Assembly (NCBI RefSeq): GCF_017745275.1
Contig: NZ_JAGHZS010000001.1
Span: 1,353,449-1,417,448 of the forward strand
DNA length: 64,000 nucleotides
Direction: 5' to 3'
From: Chitinophaga sp.
Lineage (GTDB): Bacteria; Bacteroidota; Bacteroidia; Chitinophagales; Chitinophagaceae
Every line of letters begins with the position of its first letter. The stretch's first letter is position 1. The notes under the pieces were generated by a model. It worked only from the letters and a program-made list of their open reading frames with translations. It was not told where the DNA came from and did not search any database. Made by a program: the position numbers and the translations under genes. Positions 47,124 to 56,784 of the stretch are shown one piece after another.

Positions 47124-47978
47124 TTACAATTCTACCTTGGTCTTTAAAAAATCAAAATACCGGCTGTCTTCCTCTGCAAAAATCTCTACTCCTTCCAGCA
47201 TATATGCCCGCATTAAATGTTCAAGGGCCTTTGTTTCGTCTTTTAATTCATACAGGCATTCTCCCAAACGAAGCTGTACAAAGCCAATAGCATGGGCATC
47301 AGGGCCATTCAGCGCTTCATAAAAGGCGGGGGCTGCAGCCGCAAAATCACCCTTAAAGAACAGCATATCACCGATGCTGGCATTCAGCCAGGTACTGGCT
47401 TCCCATTCATGCCGGGGTGCCGGCAACAGCTCAAGCGCCGTCTTAAATTTTTCCAGCGCCGCATCATAATTTTCTTCGTCGGCCAGCGCATTGCCTGCTT
47501 CTGATAATATTTCTATTTGCTCGTATACATCATCCGGCAGTGCTTCTTCTACCATGGATGCCAGTCCCTGAAATACATGAAGGTATTTTTCATCAGCACC
47601 TTCAAACACACGACCACCGGACTTCTGCATAGCTACATGCAAGTATTTCGTAGCTTCTTCCATAGCCCCATTTTCAAACAACGCCTGGCCCAGCATAAAT
47701 TCCTTCTCGCCGTCGTCTTGTCGCTCAGGGTCACACTCCTGCAGAATTTTCGCCCATCTGAGCATGGCAGGAAAATCCTTTAGTTCAAGATAGGTAGCGG
47801 TGATAGCGCCCGCTAACGGGAAACTATCTTCATAACTTTGTTTGGGCTGGGGTAACAGCTCCCAGGCTTCTTCCAGCTTTTGGGCATACCTGGCCAGATC
47901 ACTTTTGTCAAATAATACTTCTGCTTCTTCCCAGATCCCTTCTATGGCTGCGATAATCTTTTGATCCTGTATTTGCAT
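47124..47978 (-). CDS. Hypothetical cytoplasmic TPR-like helical-repeat protein
   Basis: 284 aa with no signal peptide. It is acidic with a repeated helical-hairpin pattern (AAAPAFYEALN, ALEKFKTALELLP). Confidence 0.5.
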   Translation of the reverse strand: MQIQDQKIIAAIEGIWEEAEVLFDKSDLARYAQKLEEAWELLPQPKQSYEDSFPLAGAITATYLELKDFPAMLRWAKILQECDPERQDDGEKEFMLGQALFENGAMEEATKYLHVAMQKSGGRVFEGADEKYLHVFQGLASMVEEALPDDVYEQIEILSEAGNALADEENYDAALEKFKTALELLPAPRHEWEASTWLNASIGDMLFFKGDFAAAAPAFYEALNGPDAHAIGFVQLRLGECLYELKDETKALEHLMRAYMLEGVEIFAEEDSRYFDFLKTKVEL

Positions 47979-47997
47979 GTATCCGTATTAAAAAGTC

Positions 47998-48022
47998 AAA
48001 GTACAGCGGAGAGCTGTACTTT
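47998..48022 (-). terminator. Hairpin after the EEP-family gene
   Basis: The hairpin is AAAGTACAGC-GGAGA-GCTGTACTTT. On the minus strand it is followed by GACTTTTTAA. Confidence 0.5.
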
Positions 48023-48055
48023 AACAAAAATAGGATGGATTATTTTATTTCCCCA

Positions 48056-49090
48056 TTATATCTCCAGTTTAAATACACTGAGCAGTCCCTTATGGTCTGT
48101 GGGCCAGGTGCCGGCAGGCAGTAGGAACTGATCCTTCCCGGTCTCTTCTACCCGTTGATTTCTCACAATACTTCCTGATGGGCCCACTACCATACTTTTT
48201 TGCAGTTTTAATTTTTTATCGGGATAAAAATAGATGTAGTCTATCCGTTCCCGCTCGTCTGCATCCGGCGCCCAGGCCAGTTTTTTTACGTCTACTGCTT
48301 TATTATCTGCCGGAAAGGTGAACCCTGGATTTTTTTCGGGAGATGGGAAAAGTACGCGATAGCTGTCTTTATATCCTTTGCCCTGCAGCATTACGGAACA
48401 GGTCCAGGGTACAACCATGCCATGATGATCAAATAGATTTTTAGTGGCGGGCGTCCAGTCGAGATGACTGGCTTCGTTAAAGTCGCCGCCCAGGAATACC
48501 AGTCTTTTTGCCTTGATATCTTCTCCGGCTGCCCGTAAAAATGCCGCGATGCCTTCATCCCTTTTAGACGCCAGGTTAGATGCCATAATGGAATCCAGGT
48601 TAGTGCAAGGCGCTGCCATCTTCTTCCAGGTAACGCCATCATAGCCTCTTGGCAGGTATACTGCATAATTCAGGTAATCCAGATGAGCGGAATATACCGC
48701 TACTTCCCTGCCCTTTACGTTGGCTACCAGTTTATAAATAGCCCCACTTTCGCTGAATATAACGGCGCTGTCGGTAACCGGATAACGACTCAGCAGCCCT
48801 GATCCCTGGCTGAAAAAGGAATAATACTTTTTGCCTTTTGCTGCCAGAGAAGCCAGCAGCCGGTCACATAACCGGGTATTATTATAATTCCTGACTTCAC
48901 TTAAGGTCACAAAATCAGGATCAATACTGGTGATCTGGTCTACAATGCCATCATATCCTCCGGGCACCATAGTGCCTTCCTGCCAGATGTTGAGCTGTAG
49001 CACAGATAAACGTATGTCTTTTGCCATTCCTTTAGCTGCCAGCAGGATCAAACATCCGAAGAGGAGCAACGCCGTTTTTATTTGTCTCAT
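48056..49090 (-). CDS. Endonuclease/exonuclease/phosphatase (EEP) family protein, secreted
   Basis: It has a signal peptide and the motifs LQLNIWQEG, FVTLSEV, LGGDFN and PTDHKGL of the EEP fold. Confidence 0.8.
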   Translation of the reverse strand: MRQIKTALLLFGCLILLAAKGMAKDIRLSVLQLNIWQEGTMVPGGYDGIVDQITSIDPDFVTLSEVRNYNNTRLCDRLLASLAAKGKKYYSFFSQGSGLLSRYPVTDSAVIFSESGAIYKLVANVKGREVAVYSAHLDYLNYAVYLPRGYDGVTWKKMAAPCTNLDSIMASNLASKRDEGIAAFLRAAGEDIKAKRLVFLGGDFNEASHLDWTPATKNLFDHHGMVVPWTCSVMLQGKGYKDSYRVLFPSPEKNPGFTFPADNKAVDVKKLAWAPDADERERIDYIYFYPDKKLKLQKSMVVGPSGSIVRNQRVEETGKDQFLLPAGTWPTDHKGLLSVFKLEI

Positions 49091-49124
49091 AAAAATTATT
49101 ATTCAATAATGCCTTACTAATTTA

Positions 49125-49949
49125 TCACTTCTCATTTTCGAAAGAACGGGTAGCCCGCTTCAAGGGTTCTCCTTTATAATCCACAGCGAGGTTCAGCCTG
49201 CGTAATCCTATCTTGATATATTCTTCCTGTAACTCAATACCAACACAATTTCTGCCCAGGTTCTTCGCTACCTCACAGGTGGTAAAGGTCCCGGAAAACG
49301 GATCCAGTACCAGGTCGCCTTCATTGGAGCTGGCTTTGATAATGCGTTCCAACAGGGCTACCGGCTTTTGTGTAGGATGATTTTCATATTCATCCATACG
49401 GTATCTCACGCGGGCAAAGTTCCATACGTTACCTGGTACTTTCTCTGTATTATAAGCCGTGGGTATAGATTTGCGGTAGTCTATCAATTTTCTCCTGGCG
49501 CCGGTTTTAGCTTCTATGAGGATATCTCCTGCGTTGAAAGTGTAATTGCTTTTATCCTTTACAGCAAACAAGATAGGCTCATACATAGACCCAAAGTACT
49601 TCCTGGCCTGTACACCAGAGCTATCATAGCTCCATACAATCCGGGAGAGGATATTTATTTTCTGTCGCAGGTAAATATCCAAGTAGGGCATGAACTGTGT
49701 GGCTGTCATCACATATAAGCTGCCGGTAGGTTTGAGCTTTCGCAGACAAAGATCCAGCCATTGATAACACCAGTGAAGGTAGGCATCTTCTGAATCCCAT
49801 TTAAAAATACGTCCGTTAAAACGCTTACCAATATTATACGGCGGGTCAGCGAAAATGAGATCCACCGAATTATCGGGCACCACAGTTTGCAATGCCTCTA
49901 AGGCATCACCATGAATGATCATATGTTTGGATGTCCCGAATATTTCCAC
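49125..49949 (-). CDS. Beta-class site-specific DNA methyltransferase (N6-adenine type motif DPPY)
   Basis: Motif IV is VDLIFADPPYNIG near the N-terminus and motif I is VLDPFSGTFTT near the C-terminus, with HPTQKP between them. The N-terminus with a GTG start (MEIFGTSKHMIIHGD) parallels CcrM-like enzymes as I recall them. The ATG at 49922 is an alternative start. Confidence 0.85.
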   Translation of the reverse strand: MEIFGTSKHMIIHGDALEALQTVVPDNSVDLIFADPPYNIGKRFNGRIFKWDSEDAYLHWCYQWLDLCLRKLKPTGSLYVMTATQFMPYLDIYLRQKINILSRIVWSYDSSGVQARKYFGSMYEPILFAVKDKSNYTFNAGDILIEAKTGARRKLIDYRKSIPTAYNTEKVPGNVWNFARVRYRMDEYENHPTQKPVALLERIIKASSNEGDLVLDPFSGTFTTCEVAKNLGRNCVGIELQEEYIKIGLRRLNLAVDYKGEPLKRATRSFENEK

Positions 49950-49979
49950 GCCAACCGGATTCTGCAGGTGAATTTAGAC

Positions 49980-50013
49980 AAAAAAGCCAGGATAAAATAC
50001 CCTGGCTTTTTTT
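49980..50013. terminator. Strong bidirectional rho-independent terminator
   Basis: The hairpin is AAAAAAGCCAGG-ATAAAATAC-CCTGGCTTTTTTT, 13 nt past the stop of 50026..51648. Confidence 0.8.
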
Positions 50014-50025
50014 GGTGGGCCATAG

Positions 50026-51648
50026 TTAGAAAGTAATCCAAACTATATAGGCTTGTTTGGATTTTCCATGCCGTTCAATCATCATTGTGGCATAGGATTT
50101 ATTGTCATTACTATGCGCATTCATTTCCAGAAAGCTAAACCGGGAAACGTTTTTATTTTCCGGCTCTCCAAACAGGTATATTCTCTTCACCGCATTCCCA
50201 TCATGATAAGCTAATACAGTATTGGCATCGCTAACTCTTCGCATTCTTACCTTACCCCGGGAGTCCTCATTTTTGTCATCTATATTCTCCGGAAAATCAT
50301 TATAAATGACATAAGTTTTGTCATTCGCAAACATATAATCATAGGAGAAAACGGCATTATTAACCATATCCTTATCTCCCAAAAATCCACTAAAAAAACT
50401 CCAACGTCTTCTGTAACGCCGATCAATAAAATAGGGATCTATGTATCCTCTCATTATCTGTTCTTTGGCAATTGCATAACTTCCGGGCATTTCTTTACCT
50501 GATTCATCAATGCGGGCAATACCAATATCGCCCAATCTGACAGTGGTAGCCCTGGAAGTGATCTGCGCCAACTCTTCATACATCAGGGAAATAGAATTAT
50601 CGGCATTGATCTGGAAATCCTGGATGACTCCGTAGTAAGGCGTCTGATACTTTAAGTGTGTATGTGCATATTCAGACAGTAATGGATGATCAATAAAATA
50701 ATTATTTTTTACTATTAACGAATAAGGATCAATTATGCTCATCTGCAACACCAGGTTTCTCATCCAGTAATACATGGTATAAGGCTTATTAACACCTTTA
50801 GCACTTACCGCGGAGAGCAAATACAATGTTTTATTGGTACTATTATACCTGAGCGAAACAACAGGTTCCGGAAGATCTGCCATATAATCCAGAAATTTGT
50901 AATCAAACACTTTGGCCCCCTTACTTAAGCGGGCGACCATCATTTTAGAATCTTTTCCATCGGCCCAGGAAGTATCACAGGCATAAAAAGCAAGAAACAC
51001 AAAATCATCCCGGTGAACATAGATGTCTGCAAGAAAATGGGACCGATATGTTCCCTTTGGGGACTCATAAAAAGCTTCATTCAATTTGGTATGATCAGGA
51101 CTATAGTGAGTGATTTGAATACGCTCGCCTGGCCCGCCACGCGGCAACTTATTAGATGCCACCACCGCATAATATTCAGACTCCGGATCTTTCTGTACAT
51201 AGAATCCTGTATTCATATCAGGATGGTTACCCGTAAAATCTTCACTGACTGCGTCTTCCCTGAGAAGCTTACCTGTATTACCATCAAAAACAAGCCGGTA
51301 AAGACAGGGCTTCATCCCTTTATAATGTACCAGAAAGGCCACCGCCTGACCATTCATTTCATATAATCCCTTAAAGCTTATATCGTCCATGTTTTTAGGC
51401 TGCCAGGACTTTAGCTGACTATTCACGATTGGAGCCCCCTGGTGTTTATTATCATACACCACCACATCTATCCCATTTTTGCGGGTAAAATGAAAATACA
51501 AGGTATTCCCATTTTTCATTAGTAATAACCTGCTGGCACCGTCGGGCTTCCTGAAAGCCTGGCTACGTGCCACCTTCGGGGATTGAGCTAAGAGCATCAG
51601 GGGTAACAACATGCTATATACGCAAGCCAGCAAAATATTCTTTAACAT
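50026..51648 (-). CDS. Hypothetical secreted protein (beta-rich, no recognisable domain)
   Basis: The start was moved to the ATG at 51646-51648 (MLKNILLACVYSMLLPLMLLAQS, a signal peptide). It is visibly AT-richer than the flanking genes. Confidence 0.55.
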   Translation of the reverse strand: MLKNILLACVYSMLLPLMLLAQSPKVARSQAFRKPDGASRLLLMKNGNTLYFHFTRKNGIDVVVYDNKHQGAPIVNSQLKSWQPKNMDDISFKGLYEMNGQAVAFLVHYKGMKPCLYRLVFDGNTGKLLREDAVSEDFTGNHPDMNTGFYVQKDPESEYYAVVASNKLPRGGPGERIQITHYSPDHTKLNEAFYESPKGTYRSHFLADIYVHRDDFVFLAFYACDTSWADGKDSKMMVARLSKGAKVFDYKFLDYMADLPEPVVSLRYNSTNKTLYLLSAVSAKGVNKPYTMYYWMRNLVLQMSIIDPYSLIVKNNYFIDHPLLSEYAHTHLKYQTPYYGVIQDFQINADNSISLMYEELAQITSRATTVRLGDIGIARIDESGKEMPGSYAIAKEQIMRGYIDPYFIDRRYRRRWSFFSGFLGDKDMVNNAVFSYDYMFANDKTYVIYNDFPENIDDKNEDSRGKVRMRRVSDANTVLAYHDGNAVKRIYLFGEPENKNVSRFSFLEMNAHSNDNKSYATMMIERHGKSKQAYIVWITF

Positions 51649-51788
51649 AGGTTGAATAAATAAGTAAATACAAGTTACACATGTTAGGACTGACATCATA
51701 CTACCGCTAATAATATTTCCATGGAATCCCCTATCGGGACTATTAAAAATTCGCTTATATTTCACTTATAAATTCTGTATTGTTCCCT

Positions 51789-52847
51789 ATGAATATTGGT
51801 CAGCAAATATTATTTTTTGTCAGTTCCCTGGGGGCTTTCAATGGGTTGGTGATCAGCCTTTATCTTTTCTTTAGCAGAAGAAAAAAAACATTGCCTACCA
51901 TATTCCTTAGTATACTATTGCTGGCGCTGAGTCTTCGGGTTATAAAAGCGGTTTTTTATTATTTCGATCATTCGCTGCCTAAAATCTATGTACAGATAGG
52001 CTTGTCGGCCTGTTTCCTGATAGGCCCTGCGCTATATTACTTCTTCCGGTCAGCGCTGCAAAATATAAATGTGCTTCCCGCTTCCTGGAAATGGGTATGG
52101 GGAGGACTCCTTGGGAGTTTATTAATAACCGGCATACTTATCCCCTATCAAACTTATCCTGTCATCTGGAAAGGCCCCATTGTTACCGTGATATACTGCC
52201 AATGGATGATCTACGTGGTGGCAGCAGGATTTGTATTAAAAGATGTACTGAAAACGCTGTTTGTAAATCCGGGTGTACTAACGGAAACCGAGAAATTCTG
52301 GTTATTACTTTATGGCAGTAATTGCGCTATTTGCCTCCTTTTCCAGCTATCCTGGGCCAGGATTGCGACCTACCTGTACATCACCGGGCCGGTGTTGTTA
52401 TCGGTTTTACTCTACGTGATTATTTTTTTCTATATCCGCGGCAAAAAAAAGGATCCTATTCGCCTGGCCGTCAAAACTGAAAAAAAGAAGATAGCGGATA
52501 CAGATGCTAATACATGGATAGAAAAACTGGAAAAGGCAATACATGATAAGAAGTTGTACCAGGACCCCAATATTAAATTACATGATGTGGCAAAACAGAT
52601 CAATATAACACCACATCAACTCTCGCAATTACTGAATGATAACCTGGGCAAAAGTTTTTCTACCTACATCAATGAATACCGGATTCAGGAAGCCTGTAAA
52701 TTAATTACCACCAACACACATCTTACTTTTGAAGCCATCGGATACGAAGTAGGCTATAATTCCAAGTCAACATTCTACGCTGCTTTCAGGAAAGTAACGG
52801 ATACTACCCCTGCGCTTTACAAAGAGAAAGTGTTTGATAATCAATAG
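51789..52847 (+). CDS. AraC family transcriptional regulator with a polytopic membrane N-terminal domain
   Basis: About 6 TM helices are followed by a C-terminal dual HTH (LHDVAKQINITPHQLSQLLN and IGYEVGYNSKSTFYAAFRKVT). Confidence 0.8.
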   Translation: MNIGQQILFFVSSLGAFNGLVISLYLFFSRRKKTLPTIFLSILLLALSLRVIKAVFYYFDHSLPKIYVQIGLSACFLIGPALYYFFRSALQNINVLPASWKWVWGGLLGSLLITGILIPYQTYPVIWKGPIVTVIYCQWMIYVVAAGFVLKDVLKTLFVNPGVLTETEKFWLLLYGSNCAICLLFQLSWARIATYLYITGPVLLSVLLYVIIFFYIRGKKKDPIRLAVKTEKKKIADTDANTWIEKLEKAIHDKKLYQDPNIKLHDVAKQINITPHQLSQLLNDNLGKSFSTYINEYRIQEACKLITTNTHLTFEAIGYEVGYNSKSTFYAAFRKVTDTTPALYKEKVFDNQ

Positions 52848-52942
52848 TCCACGGTACGGTTTTATAAATCCGAACACCTGATTTACCCATATCAGACCGC
52901 GACAGTTTACCTTCTTTTTAGGTTTGCAGGAAACTGTTACTG

Positions 52943-55336
52943 ATGACAAAATTTAGCCTGGCGTTCTGTTTGCTGACATGCTTATCATTTTTTGCTGCTG
53001 CCCAAAAAACAATTAAAGGAAAGGTACTGGATCACCATACCAGTCAACCGCTGGGGTTTGTTTCGGTTAGTTTACTCTCTCCCTTAGACTCCTCTTTTAT
53101 CCGGGGGCGGCTAACGGATACCGCCGGCATTTTTCAGTTGCCCGATTTGCAGTCTGGCCGGTATATTTTATTATTTTCTTCTTTTGGACATGGTAAATTA
53201 TATAGAGATGTGATACTGGACAATGCCGGCGGAAGCCACCAGGACCTGGGAACAATAACACTGACAGCGGTATCCAGCCAATTAAACGAAGTAATTGTAA
53301 ATGGAGAGAAACCCGTTTTACAGCGACATGCAGATAAACTGGTACTAAACGTATCCGGCAATCCATTATTTGCAGCGGCGGCCAACACGTTCGATATCCT
53401 CCGGAAAGTACCAGGATTGCAAATCAATGCCGACGGTACAATGCAGATGACCGGCGGCAGCGCCCCCGGCATATTCATTGACGGGAAACAAGTGCCAATG
53501 AGTCCGGAAGAATTACAAAATTATCTTGCCAGCCTTTCGCCTGATATGATAGCATCTATCGAAATCATCAATAATCCTTCTTCCAAATATAATGGCGAAC
53601 ATAAAAGCATTATCGATATACGGTTGAAACGGGATCTTACCCTGGGGTGGAAAGGCAATATCAGTAGTAATATCCAGCAAAATGCCTATACACTGGCAGA
53701 TAATAATTTACTACTGACTTATAAAACCAAAAAACTTTCCTACACCGCCCGGCTGGGATATACAACAGGAACAAGCATTTACCGGTACTCGGCGTTACAA
53801 CATCTCGCCAATACAAATATTATGAGCACTAAAAACAGTGTTCCCACCAGCAATAATAACTTTAGTTATCAGCTTGGGGCAGACTATAACTTCTCAAAAA
53901 CACATCATATAGAAATTACAGGACGCGCTTATCAGTCGGACCGCCGCCTTAATTCCCTTAGCCTGCTTCACACTACAGACGCTACTGCGCAGCGGTTGAT
54001 ATCAGATATCTATACGTTTAATAACGCCACTCCCCGGCAACGCACTTATGCTGTTCATCTTAATTATAACGGGCAACTGGGCGGCAGCCAACTGGAAATA
54101 CTTTCCTCATTCCTAAAAATAAGCAACCGGCAAAAGGAGGACATACAAACGAAAAACGGGGATGAACATCAGCTCCTCGACTACTGGAAAACAGACCTGA
54201 AAAACGATATCCTGATACGCGCTGTACAAGCGGATCTTTCCGGTAACCTGGGGAAAGGGAAATGGAGTGCCGGCGCCAGGTTTGCCTTTACTACCACCAG
54301 GAATCAACTACGTTACGATACACTTAATACGTCGTTGGTTTTTGTACCGGATAGCGGCCGTTCCAACAATTTTCAATATGACGAATATATTACCGCAGCG
54401 TATGTTGCCTACGAAAGAAAAGTGAATAAATGGAGCTATAGCGCCAGCTTACGCGCAGAGCATACGCATAGTACCGGCCATGCCATTTCCCAGCAACTGC
54501 TCACCACCAGGAACTACCTGACCTGGCTGCCTGCCCTTGGTTTTACATTTCCGTTTGAACAGGGACAGCAACTGCATGTATCCTATAGCCGCCGGATTAC
54601 ACGACCCAACTTTGCCCAGCTAAATCCTTTCCGGTTCTATAATAGTCCGCTTAATTATTTCGTAGGCAACCCGTACCTGCAGCCTTCTAAAACGGATATG
54701 CTGAATATTGCCTATAGCCGCCGGTCGCTTAGTGTTACGTTATTTGTTGGCCGGGAAACCGATCCTATGGGTCGCTATCCCGAATACGACCCGGTGACCA
54801 ACGTACTGGAATACCTGGGCCGTAACCTGCCTTATAATGATTTTGGAGGTATTGAAGTGGGCTTTCCATTGACAATTAACCGCTGGTGGAAGATGAATAC
54901 CAACCTACGGGGAAACTATAAAAAAGAAGTAACGCCTTATCATGAGGTGACCTATGCTATCCCCATATTTGATTATACGTTGTCGGGCAGCCAGGTGTTC
55001 AGTTTACCGAAAGCAATCACGTTCGATATTTCTTATCTCTATCGTTCTGCTACCGGCAATGGTTTATATACTTTCAAACCGATGGGAAGCCTGGATTTAG
55101 GTATCCAGAAAAGTTGGGGAAAGGGAAAAGTCAATTCCAGGTTCAACTTTTATGATGTATTTGATACCTATCGTTACCAACTGACATTCCGGGAGAAAAC
55201 AATCATCAATAACCAGCTACAGCACTGGTATGGCAACCATAAGCTGGCATTAACACTAAGCTATAGTTTTGGAAAATCGACCCACACCAGTAAAGGGGAA
55301 AGCAAAAACGATGAAGAAAAAAGAGCGGGGATGTAA
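52943..55336 (+). CDS. TonB-dependent receptor / outer membrane beta-barrel family protein
   Basis: 797 aa with a signal peptide, a carboxypeptidase-regulatory-like domain (IKGKVLDHHTSQPLGFVSVSLL), a plug region (NEVIVNGEK, DILRKVPGLQI) and a long barrel. Confidence 0.8.
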   Translation: MTKFSLAFCLLTCLSFFAAAQKTIKGKVLDHHTSQPLGFVSVSLLSPLDSSFIRGRLTDTAGIFQLPDLQSGRYILLFSSFGHGKLYRDVILDNAGGSHQDLGTITLTAVSSQLNEVIVNGEKPVLQRHADKLVLNVSGNPLFAAAANTFDILRKVPGLQINADGTMQMTGGSAPGIFIDGKQVPMSPEELQNYLASLSPDMIASIEIINNPSSKYNGEHKSIIDIRLKRDLTLGWKGNISSNIQQNAYTLADNNLLLTYKTKKLSYTARLGYTTGTSIYRYSALQHLANTNIMSTKNSVPTSNNNFSYQLGADYNFSKTHHIEITGRAYQSDRRLNSLSLLHTTDATAQRLISDIYTFNNATPRQRTYAVHLNYNGQLGGSQLEILSSFLKISNRQKEDIQTKNGDEHQLLDYWKTDLKNDILIRAVQADLSGNLGKGKWSAGARFAFTTTRNQLRYDTLNTSLVFVPDSGRSNNFQYDEYITAAYVAYERKVNKWSYSASLRAEHTHSTGHAISQQLLTTRNYLTWLPALGFTFPFEQGQQLHVSYSRRITRPNFAQLNPFRFYNSPLNYFVGNPYLQPSKTDMLNIAYSRRSLSVTLFVGRETDPMGRYPEYDPVTNVLEYLGRNLPYNDFGGIEVGFPLTINRWWKMNTNLRGNYKKEVTPYHEVTYAIPIFDYTLSGSQVFSLPKAITFDISYLYRSATGNGLYTFKPMGSLDLGIQKSWGKGKVNSRFNFYDVFDTYRYQLTFREKTIINNQLQHWYGNHKLALTLSYSFGKSTHTSKGESKNDEEKRAGM

Positions 55337-55381
55337 TTATCCTATACCTGATAGGGAAGACAGTAGTGAGATATAAAATAG

Positions 55382-55418
55382 GAAAGGCGCCCACTACAAA
55401 AAGCAGTGGGCGCCTTTC
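55382..55418. terminator. Bidirectional terminator hairpin between convergent genes (14-bp GC-rich stem)
   Basis: The hairpin is GAAAGGCGCCCACT-ACAAAAAGC-AGTGGGCGCCTTTC. Confidence 0.8.
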
Positions 55419-55424
55419 TTATCA

Positions 55425-56189
55425 TCAGGCTTTTTTCTCTGCCACAATCATGAATGTCCCCGCGTCTTTATCCCGTGTAGATTGACTGGTTGTTTTATCC
55501 AGGAGATAAACCAGCGGCTGACAAATGAGCGCCAGCACAGCACGCAGAGCATTAGGCGCTTTAAATACAAAACCATCCTGCAGCAACTGCATGCCGATGG
55601 CCGACCGGCCTAACATACCACGGAAATATTTTATTTCAAATCCCCGTTCCGTAATGATTTTTTTCAATCCCAGGGAAGTCCACCGCCAGTAATCAGTAGG
55701 GTCTGGATGAAACATCCAGTAGCCATGTGTGGTGATGATCAATTTTCCACCCGGTTTCAGGATACGCATGGCTTCCTCCAGGTAGAATACAGGATTTTCC
55801 ACATGTTCCAGGACCTGGGTAGATAATACAAAATCTACTTCATTATCTTCCAGCGCAATTCTTCCTTCGCGGTCAATATGAATATCCGCCCTTGGGTTTT
55901 CCACCAGATCAATCCCTACGTATCGCTTTGTGTACGGCTCTACCAGTGGAGCATATGGCATATTGCCGCATCCGTAATCTGCAATCACCACCTGGTCTGT
56001 CATTGGCTTTACAAACTGTTCCAGTACCGTTTCCATCTGCTTTCTCAGTTGGATCAGTGCATATCTCCTCGTATTAAAGATACCTGGACGCAGCTTTACT
56101 ATACCGGCTTCCCTTGCTTCACTCATAGGACTATTTAAATGTTGATGAATGATCGATTCAGTCGCTTCTCCCAACTGAAATTCTGACAA
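55425..56189 (-). CDS. Class I SAM-dependent methyltransferase
   Basis: It has the SAM-binding motif VIADYGCGNMPY and the motif LKPGGKLII. The track ORF starts with TTG at 56189, and the ATG at 56126 is an alternative. Confidence 0.75.
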   Translation of the reverse strand: MSEFQLGEATESIIHQHLNSPMSEAREAGIVKLRPGIFNTRRYALIQLRKQMETVLEQFVKPMTDQVVIADYGCGNMPYAPLVEPYTKRYVGIDLVENPRADIHIDREGRIALEDNEVDFVLSTQVLEHVENPVFYLEEAMRILKPGGKLIITTHGYWMFHPDPTDYWRWTSLGLKKIITERGFEIKYFRGMLGRSAIGMQLLQDGFVFKAPNALRAVLALICQPLVYLLDKTTSQSTRDKDAGTFMIVAEKKA

Positions 56190-56358
56190 AATAACTAAAT
56201 AGTTTAGTATAAGTAGGCAGTTTTAATATGATTTCTGTAAAAAACTTCCCGGCAAAAGCTGGTAGTAGCACTACAAATGATCATCCGGGAATTGTAACGA
56301 GTACGATTCAAAAAAAGGACTGCCCCAATATGTCTCTTACATCCGGAGCAGCCTCAAG

Positions 56359-56781
56359 TTATAAACCGCCATTTATAGCCAGCACATATGCGCCTATAAA
56401 ACAGGCCCATGCTATTAGTAGTAATATCGTCACCACTTTAAACCAATACTTCCACGCTACCCAGGCATAAAACCCTACGGCCAGCAGGGTTAGCAGCAAC
56501 AGGAACTGGCTGGACTTCAAAAAAGCAAAATGATTCAGTGCCAGGTAAAAATTCGTGATCCCGATAAAAGCGGCGCCACTACCATGTGTAGCATTAAAGC
56601 CGATCCATGATTTCCACATCGTGAGCCTGGGAGTCATCTGCAATGAAGTGCTTTCCATGTCAGTGATCAGTTTTTCATTGCGGGGAAAGAGCTTATTAGT
56701 CCCCAGCGTAATGCGGAGATGCAGCAATCCCATTAATGCAATAATGCCGGAACCCGTTGTCCAGAGATATTGAGCCATCAT
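56359..56781 (-). CDS. Hypothetical 4-TM membrane protein
   Basis: 140 aa with four hydrophobic helices. Its ATG lies 3 nt after the stop of the upstream methyltransferase gene. Confidence 0.55.
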   Translation of the reverse strand: MMAQYLWTTGSGIIALMGLLHLRITLGTNKLFPRNEKLITDMESTSLQMTPRLTMWKSWIGFNATHGSGAAFIGITNFYLALNHFAFLKSSQFLLLLTLLAVGFYAWVAWKYWFKVVTILLLIAWACFIGAYVLAINGGL

Positions 56782-56784
56782 AGA

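Noticed and set aside
48056-51648. Methyltransferase plus neighbours as a restriction-modification or other defence system
   Set aside because: Both neighbouring proteins carry clear signal peptides and lack recognisable restriction-nuclease, helicase or ATPase motifs. A strong terminator separates the upstream gene from the methyltransferase.
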